Below are positions 1-10,311 of a DNA stretch of 64,000 nucleotides, in pieces; the first letter of the stretch is position 1; each line of letters opens with the position of its first letter. The translations under genes were made by a program, and so were the position numbers. Location: positions 34,740 through 98,739 of the forward strand of contig JBBSCB010000008.1 in NCBI GenBank assembly GCA_038250675.1, in the 5' to 3' direction. This stretch comes from Gemmatimonadales bacterium (GTDB lineage: Bacteria; Gemmatimonadota; Gemmatimonadetes; Gemmatimonadales; GWC2-71-9). Under the pieces are notes generated by a model. It was not told where the DNA came from. It was given only the letters and a program-made list of their open reading frames with translations, and searched no databases.

Positions 1-866
1 TAATTCTCCTCGAGCCGAACCAGCGTCGTGCCGGGAAAGTCCCGCTGGAAATCACGCATGTTGCGCACGTCGGCACCGCGCCAGCCGTAGATCGACTGAT
101 CGTCGTCACCCACCGCGCACACGTTGCCGTGCGCGCCAAGCAGCCGGATCAGCTCATACTGCGCCTTGTTGGTGTCCTGGAACTCGTCGACCAGCACGAA
201 CCGGAACCGCTCCTCCTGGTAGTACCTCAGCCGGTCGGGATGCTCACGGAACAGCGTCAGCGGGTGCAGGAGGAGGTCGTCGAAATCCATCGCGTTGGCC
301 GCCTTGAGCGCGGGTCCCATGGCGCCGTACACGTCGGCGGCCACCTGCACCATGCGGTCGAAGGGCGAGCTGGCCGACAGCGACGCCGGTGACGCCATCC
401 GGTTCTTGGCTCCGGAAATGATGGACTGCACCACCCGCGGCGTGAACGTCTTGGTGGAGTGCTCGCGCTGCTCCATCAGTCGGCGGATGAGCCCCAGCCG
501 GTCGTCCTCGTCGTAGATGGTGAAGTTCGAGCTGAAGCCGAGGAAGCCCGCTTCGCGCCGGAGCAGCCGGGCCGACAGCGAGTGAAAGGTGCCGATCCAG
601 AGCCCCGACGGATCCCGCTGCAGCAGCTGGCCGATCCGCTGCTTCATCTCGCCGGCGGCCTTGTTGGTGAACGTTACCGCGAAGATCCGCTCGGGCGGCA
701 CGTCATGGTGCTCGATGAGGTTGGCGATACGGGTCGTGAGCACGCGCGTCTTGCCGGAGCCGGCGCCGGCGAGCACGAGCAGCGAGCCGTGCACGTGCTC
801 CACGGCCTCGCGCTGTGCGGGATTCAGCGAGCGGGTCCAGTCGCGCTCAACGGGGCTATCGATCAT
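1..866 (-). CDS. uvrD: ATP-dependent DNA helicase, UvrD/PcrA/Rep (SF1) family; N-terminal part, gene runs off the left edge
   Basis: Absent from the ORF track because it has no stop in the window. My translation of the reverse strand from ATG 866..864 gives [51 protein letters not shown]...[11 protein letters not shown]...[11 protein letters not shown]...[14 protein letters not shown]. These are SF1 helicase motifs Q, I, Ia, II and III. The ATG overlaps the stop of the upstream kinase gene (ATGA). Confidence 0.9.
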   Translation of the reverse strand, partial: MIDSPVERDWTRSLNPAQREAVEHVHGSLLVLAGAGSGKTRVLTTRIANLIEHHDVPPERIFAVTFTNKAAGEMKQRIGQLLQRDPSGLWIGTFHSLSARLLRREAGFLGFSSNFTIYDEDDRLGLIRRLMEQREHSTKTFTPRVVQSIISGAKNRMASPASLSASSPFDRMVQVAADVYGAMGPALKAANAMDFDDLLLHPLTLFREHPDRLRYYQEERFRFVLVDEFQDTNKAQYELIRLLGAHGNVCAVGDDDQSIYGWRGADVRNMRDFQRDFPGTTLVRLEEN

Positions 867-2044
867 GGGCTCCGGTCCGCCAGTGGCATGCGAAGAAGAA
901 AAGTGGTGCCGCGGCCAAGCTCCGGCGCCTCGAGCGTGAGCTCGCCGTGGTGCGTGTCCTCGACCACCCGCCGTGCGAGCGCGAGGCCGATGCCCCAGCC
1001 GCCCCGCTTGGTGCTGATGCCGGCCTCGAAGAGCGTGCGCCGGATCTCCTTGGCGACGCCGGGCCCGTCGTCGGTGATCCGCACCTCGCCCATGCCGGCG
1101 GCAGCGCTGACCCGGAGCGCGATCACACCGGTGCGCCCCTGCATGGCGTCGATGGCGTTCTTGACCAGCGCCTCGAGCGCCCACTCGAGCAGCACCGGGT
1201 CGCCGACGACGGTCGGCCCCGCACCGGGCGCGTCCACGCGGAGCTCCACCGGATTGGCATGGCGCGGCAGGCGCGGCCGGAAATAGCCGGCCACCCGGTC
1301 GGCCAGCGCACCGAGGCCGATCGGCTCGCGCCGCGCCGGGTTGCCGATCCGCTCGAACCGCTGGGCCACGCGCTCGAGCCGGTCGGCGTCGGCGCTCAGG
1401 TGCTCCGCGAGATTGGCCGGCGGCGTCGGGCGGGAACGCACGCTCTCGATCCAGCCCTGCAGACTGGTGAGGGGCGTGCCCATCTGGTGGGCCGCCTCCC
1501 GCGCCATCGCCACCCAGAGCCGGTCGCGCTGCGCCGCCATGGCGTTGCGGTAGGCAAAGAACGCGACGGCCACCATGACGAAGATGGTGAGCGCCTGCAG
1601 GATGGCGAGCAACGTGAGCTGCCGCTGCGCCGGCATCGGTCCGTAGTGCACCGTGGTGCCCAGCAGCGTGTCGCGAATCGGCGGGTTGGTGCGATCAAGA
1701 TGCGCGGTGTAGTCGATCAGTTCGGGCGCATCGCGCGGGGCCGCCTGCAGCTCCGGCGGAAGGTTGGCGGCCTCGGTCACGCGGCCCGCCGCATCGGTCA
1801 CGACGAGGGGCAGCCCGAGGGCGCGGACCTGCTCGCCAAGTTGCACGAGCGCGGTGCCTTCCCCGCCCGACTCCGAGCTGCTCAGCCCGCCGAACACGCC
1901 GCTGTAGAGCCGGCTCGTCGCGCGGGCATCGGCCTGGAAATGCCGCGCGACCACCATGCTCGTCCCCATGCTGATCGCCGCGAGCAGCGCGACCAGGACC
2001 ACCGCGACGGTCGGCGCGAGGCGGCGGACGCGGTCCCTAGCCAC
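863..2044 (-). CDS. Sensor histidine kinase (two TM helices, periplasmic loop, HisKA + HATPase_c); no response regulator adjacent
   Basis: ORF 863..2593 trimmed to GTG 2044. The upstream part is Arg/Ser-rich and overlaps serS in another frame. TM helices [24 protein letters not shown] and [24 protein letters not shown]-box [16 protein letters not shown]-box LVKNAIDA, G1 ITDDGPG, G2 [10 protein letters not shown]. Confidence 0.8.
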   Translation of the reverse strand: MARDRVRRLAPTVAVVLVALLAAISMGTSMVVARHFQADARATSRLYSGVFGGLSSSESGGEGTALVQLGEQVRALGLPLVVTDAAGRVTEAANLPPELQAAPRDAPELIDYTAHLDRTNPPIRDTLLGTTVHYGPMPAQRQLTLLAILQALTIFVMVAVAFFAYRNAMAAQRDRLWVAMAREAAHQMGTPLTSLQGWIESVRSRPTPPANLAEHLSADADRLERVAQRFERIGNPARREPIGLGALADRVAGYFRPRLPRHANPVELRVDAPGAGPTVVGDPVLLEWALEALVKNAIDAMQGRTGVIALRVSAAAGMGEVRITDDGPGVAKEIRRTLFEAGISTKRGGWGIGLALARRVVEDTHHGELTLEAPELGRGTTFLLRMPLADRSP

Positions 2045-3320
2045 GCGCGGCCAGCCGGTCGGTCCCGAGGTACGGGGCCAGAGCCTCCGGGACCCGAACC
2101 GACCCGTCGGCCGCTTGATTGTTTTCGAGGAGCGCGATGATCGTGCGGGGAAACGCGAGCCCCGAGGCGTTGAGCGTGTGCACGAACACCGGCCGTGCAC
2201 CGGGCTCAGGTCGGAACCGGATGTTGGCGCGCCGCGCCTGGAAATCGGTGAACGTGCTCGAGCTGGAGACCTCGAGCCAGCCACCCACCCCCGGCGCCCA
2301 CGCCTCGAGATCGAAGGTCCGCGCCGCACTGAAGCCGGTGTCGCCGGCCGCGAGCTCCAGCACGCGATACGGAATCGCCAACCGCTGCAGGACCGTCTCG
2401 GCGTGGCCGGTGATCTTCGCGTGCTCGGCCGGCGAGAACTCGGGCCGGGTAATCCGCACCAGCTCGACCTTGTCGAACTGATGCACCCGGATGAGTCCCC
2501 GCGTGTCCTTGCCGTGCGCACCCGCCTCCCGGCGGAAACAGGGCGTGTACGCGACGAAGGTCGCCGGCAGCGCCGCTGCCTCCAGCACCTCATCGCGATA
2601 GATGTTCGTGAGCGGCACCTCGGCGGTCGGGATCAGGAAGAGATCGTCCGCCGGCGAGGCGTAGGCGTCGTCCTCGAACTTGGGAAGCTGGCCGGTGCCG
2701 GTGAGCGTGGCACGGTTGACGAGATACGGCGGGACGATCTCCGTGTAGCCGTGCTCCTGCGTGTGCAGGTCGAGCATGAAGTTGGCAAGCGCGCGCACCA
2801 GCCGCGCGCCGGCCCCGGTGAACAGCGGAAACCCCGACCCCGCGATCTTGGCGCCGCGTGGCAGGTCGAAGAGACCGAGATCGGCGCCGATCTCCCAGTG
2901 GGGCCGGGCCGTGAAGCTGAACGACGGGATCTCGCCCCAGGTGCGGATGACACGGTTGGAGGCGGCGTCGCCGTCCGGCAGCTCGGGCAGTGGGAAGTTC
3001 GGCAGTCGCATCAGGACCGCGTCGAGCGCGGCGTCGAGCTCCCGCACGTCGGCGTCGAGTGCCTTGGCCGTGTCGCCCGAGGCACGGAGCGTGGCCAGCA
3101 GTTCATCCGCGGGCTCACCGCTCCGCTTGCGCCGCGCCACTTCCTCGGTCGCGGCGTTCCGCTCCGCCTTGATCTGCTCGGCGCGCGTGACGGTCTCGCG
3201 GCGGCGGCGGTCGAGCTCGAGCGCCTCGTCCAGCGCGGGGAGCAGCGCGGGATCAAGCCGGCGCGCGAGCGCGGCACGCGCCGCCTCGGGGTCCTGGCGC
3301 AGGCGCTTGATGTCGATCAC
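2037..3320 (-). CDS. serS: Seryl-tRNA synthetase
   Basis: 427 aa. N-terminal coiled-coil arm MIDIKRLRQDPE.... Class II motifs FRREAGAHGKDTRGLIRVHQFDKVE and HTLNASGLAFPRTIIALLE. Confidence 0.95.
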   Translation of the reverse strand: MIDIKRLRQDPEAARAALARRLDPALLPALDEALELDRRRRETVTRAEQIKAERNAATEEVARRKRSGEPADELLATLRASGDTAKALDADVRELDAALDAVLMRLPNFPLPELPDGDAASNRVIRTWGEIPSFSFTARPHWEIGADLGLFDLPRGAKIAGSGFPLFTGAGARLVRALANFMLDLHTQEHGYTEIVPPYLVNRATLTGTGQLPKFEDDAYASPADDLFLIPTAEVPLTNIYRDEVLEAAALPATFVAYTPCFRREAGAHGKDTRGLIRVHQFDKVELVRITRPEFSPAEHAKITGHAETVLQRLAIPYRVLELAAGDTGFSAARTFDLEAWAPGVGGWLEVSSSSTFTDFQARRANIRFRPEPGARPVFVHTLNASGLAFPRTIIALLENNQAADGSVRVPEALAPYLGTDRLAARG

Positions 3321-3327
3321 GGTGCGG

Positions 3328-3888
3328 CTAGTTGAGAGGGAGACCGGGCGCGAGCCCGCGGTACCCGCAGTTGTTGTCGGTGAGCACCCGGAAGCTCACC
3401 GTGCGCTGCGCCGCGTCGATCGCGCTGATCTCGATCTTGCCGTACTGCGGTACGCCCAGGCTGGAGCAGACCACGCGCGAGCGCACGACGTAGCGATCGC
3501 CGACGGCGATGTGCAGCGTGTCCGCCGTATTGTAGCCGTTGAGCGGCGCCTGAAGGACAGCATCAAACGCATCGGTCGACGCGAGGAAGCCGGCGTTCGT
3601 CCCGCTGGTCACGCCAAGATTGATCACGAACAGCGGCAGGAGCACCGGCTTGCCAGACCCGTCGATGTTGAAGGCAAAGTCGAATGCCGCGCCCTGATCG
3701 CTCCGAATGGGACGCCCATCGGCGATCGAGTAGGCGCTGGGCGTCGAGATGGGCGTGCCGGTGAGCGCGAACAGCGTCACCGTCGATTCGACGTTGGCGA
3801 TCGTGGCATCGGCCAGCGCATTGGGATTGCCGCAGGCGGCGATCGCGGCAATGGCGAGCGCGGCGGCGGTGGTTGAGAATCGGCGCAT
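3328..3888 (-). CDS. Hypothetical lipoprotein
   Basis: 186 aa. MRRFSTTAAALAIAAIAAC is a signal peptide plus lipobox Cys. No catalytic motif recognised. It lies 8 nt upstream of serS, so it is probably co-transcribed. Confidence 0.6.
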   Translation of the reverse strand: MRRFSTTAAALAIAAIAACGNPNALADATIANVESTVTLFALTGTPISTPSAYSIADGRPIRSDQGAAFDFAFNIDGSGKPVLLPLFVINLGVTSGTNAGFLASTDAFDAVLQAPLNGYNTADTLHIAVGDRYVVRSRVVCSSLGVPQYGKIEISAIDAAQRTVSFRVLTDNNCGYRGLAPGLPLN

Positions 3889-3940
3889 GAGCCGGGAACG
3901 TTAAGGGCGGCGCCGAAGGCGGTCAACCCGTGATCTTTTC

Positions 3941-3969
3941 TTGACTTCGACCCTTCCGGCCCCTACGTT
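3941..3969 (+). promoter_or_regulatory. Putative sigma70-type promoter of the Roadblock operon
   Basis: TTGACT (3941..3946), 17-nt spacer, TACGTT (3964..3969), 39 nt upstream of ATG 4008. Sits in a divergent intergenic region. Confidence 0.35.
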
Positions 3970-4007
3970 GCCGAGTCCGATTCGGCCCCCTCCACGGAGT
4001 CCATTCG

Positions 4008-4361
4008 ATGCCCGGTTTGGCAGACGTGGTTCGCGCCCTCGCGGCCCGTGACGGGGTCGATGCGGTGGTCGTCGTCAGCCCCGATGGGCTGCCCATCGAT
4101 CACGCCGCGCGTGGCGCCTGTGACGCCGATGCGCTCGCTGCGCTGGCGGTGACGCTCCTGCGGGCGGCGGCGCGGCTGGGAGAAACCGCGGCCCACGGTC
4201 CGCTGTCCCGCGCGGTGTTCGAATATGCCGGCGGGATCGTCGTCGTCGCATCGCTCCGGGACGGCAACGCCCTGCTGGTCCAGGCATCGGCCGGCAGCGA
4301 TGTCGGCCCCATGCTCTACGATCTCCGCCAGCACGCGCCGGCGCTCAGCGCATTGCTGTGA
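4008..4361 (+). CDS. Roadblock/LC7 (MglB-like) domain protein
   Basis: 117 aa. LADVVRALAARDGVDAVVVVSPDGLPID...GGIVVVASLRDGNALLVQASAGSDVG matches the Roadblock/LC7 alpha-beta-alpha pattern. GGAG lies 9 nt upstream of the ATG. No partner GTPase in the window. Confidence 0.7.
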   Translation: MPGLADVVRALAARDGVDAVVVVSPDGLPIDHAARGACDADALAALAVTLLRAAARLGETAAHGPLSRAVFEYAGGIVVVASLRDGNALLVQASAGSDVGPMLYDLRQHAPALSALL

Positions 4362-4452
4362 CCCGGCGGCGCCGGCCCACCCGCAACCGAGCCTCGCCCG
4401 TGCCCCGTTCCCGCCCCTGCGTGTTCCGCCGCTCCGCCCGCCCGTTGCGCCC

Positions 4453-5478
4453 ATGAAGTGGGCCGTGATCCTGGCCGGCGGCTCCGGCACCCGTTTCTGG
4501 CCGCTCAGCACGCCGGACAATCCCAAGCAACTGCTCCCGCTCGCCGGCCCCGGCTCCACCGCCGAGGACGCGGTCAGCCGGCTGGACGGGCTGGTCCCGC
4601 CGGAGCGCGTCCTCGTCGTCACCGGCGCCGCCCTGGCCCCACAGCTGCAGGCGCGGCTCGGCGTGCCGGCCGGCAACTATCTGGTGGAGCCGCGCGCCGC
4701 GTCCACTGGGCCGGCGCTGATCTGGGCCTCGTGGGAGGCATGCCGGCGTGATCCTGACGCCGAGGTGCTGTCGATGCATGCCGACTGGGCCGTGGGCAAT
4801 GCGGAAGTGTTCCGCCAGACCGCCGAGGCGGCGCTGGCCTGCGCGCGACAGCACGACCGGCTCGTCACCGTCGGCATCGTCCCCGCGCGGCCGGAGACCG
4901 GCTACGGCTACATCGTGCCGGGCGGCCCACTCGACGAGGGCGCGCGCAACGTGGCGCGCTTCTCCGAGAAACCGGACGCCGCGACCGCACTCGACCTCAT
5001 GGCCGCCGGCGCCCTTTGGAACACCGGGTTGTTCGCCTGGACCGCAGCGCGGCTCTTTCGCGAAGTCGAGCTGCACACTCCGGAGATCGCACCCCACATG
5101 GCGGCCCTCTCCGCCGGCGACATCGACGGCTTCTTCCGTGCGGTCACGCCGGTCTCGATCGATGTCGGCGTGCTCGAGCGGAGCGGCGCGGTGGCGGTCG
5201 TGAGCGGCGCCTTCGCCTGGGACGACGTCGGCACGTGGGAGGCGCTGGCGCGGGTGCGGGCCAAGGATCCCCAGGGCAATGTGCTGGTGGGCCCCACGCA
5301 TGCCAATCAGGCCCACGACTGCATCGCCTGGTCCGAACGCGACACGATCGTGCTCTATGGCGTGGAAGACCTCGTGGTGGTGCAGGCCAACGGGCGCATC
5401 CTGGTCATGCGCCGCGATCTCGCCGGTAACATCAAGCAGCTCCTCGACGACCTGCCCGCCGAGATCCGCACCGTCTGA
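4453..5478 (+). CDS. manC: Mannose-1-phosphate guanylyltransferase (nucleotidyltransferase domain only)
   Basis: ORF 4225..5478 trimmed to ATG 4453. MKWAVILAGGSGTRFWPLSTPDNPKQLLPL is the NTP-transferase signature. 341 aa, with no C-terminal cupin/isomerase domain. Confidence 0.75.
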   Translation: MKWAVILAGGSGTRFWPLSTPDNPKQLLPLAGPGSTAEDAVSRLDGLVPPERVLVVTGAALAPQLQARLGVPAGNYLVEPRAASTGPALIWASWEACRRDPDAEVLSMHADWAVGNAEVFRQTAEAALACARQHDRLVTVGIVPARPETGYGYIVPGGPLDEGARNVARFSEKPDAATALDLMAAGALWNTGLFAWTAARLFREVELHTPEIAPHMAALSAGDIDGFFRAVTPVSIDVGVLERSGAVAVVSGAFAWDDVGTWEALARVRAKDPQGNVLVGPTHANQAHDCIAWSERDTIVLYGVEDLVVVQANGRILVMRRDLAGNIKQLLDDLPAEIRTV

Positions 5479-6662
5479 TGGGCACCGCGCTCTATCTGCT
5501 TGACCCGCCGCCGCACACCATGGCGTGGGCACCATTCGAGGGCGTTCGGCCGATCGCCGAGCTCCGCGCCGGGGTGCCGCGCCTGCGCGAGCGCTGGTCC
5601 GCCGCGCTCGACCTGCCGGTGCGCGCCATCCTCAGCGACGCCATCAGCGAGTTCCACGAGCTGGACGGGCCGCCGGTCCAGCCGGTCGGGCCGATTGCCG
5701 GCCCGGCGATCATCGCCACGTCGGCCTTTGCCGTCTCGGTCCGCGCCATCGACCTGCAGCCGGGCACGCAGCGGCTCACCTCCGCCGGGCAGACCGTCGC
5801 CTGGCTCGTGCCCGGCGGCGAGCGGTGGACCGCCCCGCACGATCGCGGCGCCGCACAGGAGGTGCCCGGGCTCGTGCTGGCGGGAACGTATGACCTGCTG
5901 CGCGCGCTGGAGTCGCTGCTCGCCGGCGACTGCGATGCGCTGGTGGCTGCCGCCGGCACGCGGGACGCACTGCCTGCGGGCACGCTCGTTCTGGGCGACG
6001 GCGCGCGCGTCATCGCGCGCGGCGCGACGATCGAGCCGGGAGTCGTGTTCGACACGCGACAGGGAGCGGTGATTCTGGAGCCGGGCGCGGACGTACGGCA
6101 CGGCACGCGGCTCGAGGGGCCCTGCTACGTCGGCGCGGGATCCCGGGTGCTGGGGGATTCCATCCGCACCTCGGTCATCGGCCCGCGGTGCTCGGTGCGG
6201 GGCGAGGTCTCCTCGACGGTATGGCTGGGCTATGCCAACAAGAGCCATTACGGCTTCGTCGGGCATTCGATCATTGGCCACTGGGTCAACCTGGGCGCCG
6301 GCACGACGACATCCAACCTCAAGAACACCTACGGGGCGGTCCGGCTCGACGTGCCCGGCGCCCGCATCGACACCGGGCGCATCAACATCGGCAGTCTGAT
6401 CGGCGATCACGCCAAGACGGCGATCGGCACGCTCCTGGGCACCGGCACGGTCGTCGGCGCGGGCGCGAACGTGTTCGGCAGCGACGCGGTGCCCAAGTAC
6501 GTGTTTCCGTTCGCGTGGGGGAGCGCCAGCGCTGAACGAGTGAGTGAGGAGGGATTTCTCCGGGTGGCCGAGCGGGTGATGCCGCGGCGCGACGTCCCGT
6601 TCACTGCGGACCATCGCCGATCGCTCGCCCTGACCTATCGCCGGATGACGGACGGCCAGTGA
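5478..6662 (+). CDS. Putative sugar nucleotidyltransferase with C-terminal left-handed beta-helix (NTP_transf_4-like + hexapeptide repeats)
   Basis: 394 aa. The start overlaps the manC stop (TGATG). The N-terminus LYLLDPPP..WAPFEGVRPIAELRAGVPRLRERW lacks GxGTR. The C-terminal half is hexapeptide-like (GSRVLGDSIRTSVIGPRCSVRGEV...IGHWVNLGAGTTTSNLKN...IGDHAKTAIGTLLGTGTVVGAGANV). Confidence 0.6.
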   Translation: MGTALYLLDPPPHTMAWAPFEGVRPIAELRAGVPRLRERWSAALDLPVRAILSDAISEFHELDGPPVQPVGPIAGPAIIATSAFAVSVRAIDLQPGTQRLTSAGQTVAWLVPGGERWTAPHDRGAAQEVPGLVLAGTYDLLRALESLLAGDCDALVAAAGTRDALPAGTLVLGDGARVIARGATIEPGVVFDTRQGAVILEPGADVRHGTRLEGPCYVGAGSRVLGDSIRTSVIGPRCSVRGEVSSTVWLGYANKSHYGFVGHSIIGHWVNLGAGTTTSNLKNTYGAVRLDVPGARIDTGRINIGSLIGDHAKTAIGTLLGTGTVVGAGANVFGSDAVPKYVFPFAWGSASAERVSEEGFLRVAERVMPRRDVPFTADHRRSLALTYRRMTDGQ

Positions 6663-7468
6663 CGGCGCTCTACGGCCTCGGCTCCGGGTCCCGCGGCAAC
6701 TGCTTTGCGTTGGAGTCCGCCGGTGCAACGCTGCTGGTGGACGCGGGCTTCAGCGCCCGCGAGATCCACCGCCGCGCCGCCGTGGTCGGACTCCTACTCG
6801 ATCGGGTCGTCGGCATCGCGCTCACCCATGAGCACGGTGACCACACGTGCGGCGCCGCGCGTCTCGCACGCACGCTGGGCGTCCCGGTCCTGACGGCGCC
6901 CGGAACATGGGAACGACTGTGCGCCACCATGGAAGGCGCCGTGCACCGGCCGCTCGGGGTCACGTCGCCGGCGGTCGCGGGGCCGTTCCGACTCCGGGCC
7001 TGCGCCACGAGCCATGACGCGGCGGAGCCGCTGGCCATCGTGATCGACACGCCCGACGGCAGCAGTGTCGGCTTTGCGTACGACCTCGGGCGACCCACCA
7101 CCGCCGTCCGCTTCCTGCTCCGGGAGCTGACGGCCGTGGTGCTGGAAGCCAACCACGACGACGTCCTGCTCCGCACCAGCGGGTACCCGGCCTCGGTGCA
7201 GCAGCGCATCGCCGGCGCCGGCGGCCATCTCTCCAACCGCGTGGCGGCCGCGCTGTTGGCGGAAATCCATCATGACGGTCTGGGTGTGGTGGTGCTGGCG
7301 CACCTCAGCCGGCGCTGCAACGACGTGGAGGCGGCCCGCGGCGCGGTGAGCGCCGCGTTGGAGCAGGCCGGCTTCCGAGGTGAGCTGCATGTGGCGCTGC
7401 AGGATGAGCCGCTGGGCCCGCTCACCGTGGCGGCGCCGTGCCGGGTCCAGATGGCACTGGAGCTCTGA
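6659..7468 (+). CDS. MBL-fold metallo-hydrolase (YycJ/WalJ- or PhnP-like)
   Basis: 269 aa. GTG start overlaps the upstream stop (GTGA). Motifs LTHEHGDHTCG (HxHxDH), ATSHDAAEP, EANHD and GGHLSN. Confidence 0.8.
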   Translation: MTALYGLGSGSRGNCFALESAGATLLVDAGFSAREIHRRAAVVGLLLDRVVGIALTHEHGDHTCGAARLARTLGVPVLTAPGTWERLCATMEGAVHRPLGVTSPAVAGPFRLRACATSHDAAEPLAIVIDTPDGSSVGFAYDLGRPTTAVRFLLRELTAVVLEANHDDVLLRTSGYPASVQQRIAGAGGHLSNRVAAALLAEIHHDGLGVVVLAHLSRRCNDVEAARGAVSAALEQAGFRGELHVALQDEPLGPLTVAAPCRVQMALEL

Positions 7469-7478
7469 CGCCGAACGG

Positions 7479-7874
7479 TCAGCTCCCTGGGGCCGTGTCG
7501 GGATCGGGTGGAACCGGCACATTGGTCGGACGCGGCGTGGGCGCGCCGATACGCTCAAATCTGACCGGCTTGGTGAGATCGCCTTCGGACAGCGTGAGCC
7601 TCTGCCCCTTCAGACTCATCTTGTAGTCTTCCCACTCCCCGCCAATCGCCAGCAAGAGGCGGTCCCCCTTCAGACGCCACCGCGCGGTTTCGGTCCCCCA
7701 GCTCGCGCTGCTGTCGGCGCGCACGATGACCGTCCGTGGCGCGTCCTTCCCATCCTTCTGACTGAGCTGGCGCGCATCGACTCTCCACGTGCCGAGAATG
7801 CTGGGCGACGGCTTCTGTGCCGCGAGCGGCGCGCCGATGACGAGCGGAACGAGGACCAGGAGGTACGGCTTCAC
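7479..7874 (-). CDS. Hypothetical secreted protein
   Basis: 131 aa. GTG start with GGAG 5 nt upstream. Signal peptide MKPYLLVLVPLVIGAPLAAQ. Pro-rich C-terminus. No motif recognised. Confidence 0.55.
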   Translation of the reverse strand: MKPYLLVLVPLVIGAPLAAQKPSPSILGTWRVDARQLSQKDGKDAPRTVIVRADSSASWGTETARWRLKGDRLLLAIGGEWEDYKMSLKGQRLTLSEGDLTKPVRFERIGAPTPRPTNVPVPPDPDTAPGS

Positions 7875-7960
7875 ACGAGCTCCGTGATTCCGGGTGGATC
7901 GGATCGATCAGTGAACGGCCGGCGAGCGAGCCGGCCACGCGAGGTAATTTAACGAGGAAT

Positions 7961-7982
7961 GCCCCGGATCGGTTTCCGGGGC
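7961..7982 (-). terminator. GC-rich hairpin, second of two downstream of groEL
   Basis: GCCCCGGA-tcggtt-TCCGGGGC, an 8-bp stem. On the minus strand it is followed by ATTCCTCGTTAAATTAC. Confidence 0.35.
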
Positions 7983-8014
7983 ATCAGAGCGCGCGGGGCG
8001 CGCGGACGCACGAA

Positions 8015-8040
8015 GCGCCCCGGGAAGGTTCCCGGGGCGC
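8015..8040 (-). terminator. Putative groESL terminator hairpin
   Basis: Near-perfect 26-nt palindrome GCGCCCCGGGAAGGTTCCCGGGGCGC, 24 nt downstream of the groEL stop. Followed on the minus strand by TTCGTG, so only a weak U tract. Confidence 0.5.
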
Positions 8041-8063
8041 TCGCCGTGCTCGGAACTGCCGGG

Positions 8064-10039
<1,976 letters not shown>

Positions 10040-10088
10040 TGCCACCTCCACAACAAGTAAGATTGGTAAATAATTGCGCCACATTCAC

Positions 10089-10115
10089 TTGGCACTCAGG
10101 TCATTGGAGTGCCAG
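10089..10115 (-). promoter_or_regulatory. CIRCE operator (HrcA binding site) of groESL
   Basis: TTGGCACTC-N9-GAGTGCCAG against consensus TTAGCACTC-N9-GAGTGCTAA. The arms GGCACTC/GAGTGCC are perfect. It lies just downstream of the putative -10 and 50 nt upstream of the groES ATG. Confidence 0.75.
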
Positions 10116-10127
10116 CCACTGGGGCGT

Positions 10128-10155
10128 AAGATAAGACCCGGACCGCCAGAGTCAA
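10128..10155 (-). promoter_or_regulatory. Putative sigma70-type groESL promoter
   Basis: Minus strand: TTGACT (10155..10150), 16 nt, TATCTT (10133..10128), directly upstream of the CIRCE element. Confidence 0.5.
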
Positions 10156-10311
10156 GCGCTCGCGGCAGAGCTCACGGACGACCGGTGCGGCTCTGACCCC
10201 GGTCGGCCGTGCTTGACTTTGCCCGGACGCCGGCCGAGTTTCCCGCCGGGCCGAGGCTGGCCCCACGCGCCGCGCGCGGCCGCGTGTCCACCCGTCACAC
10301 CGGAGTTCGGC

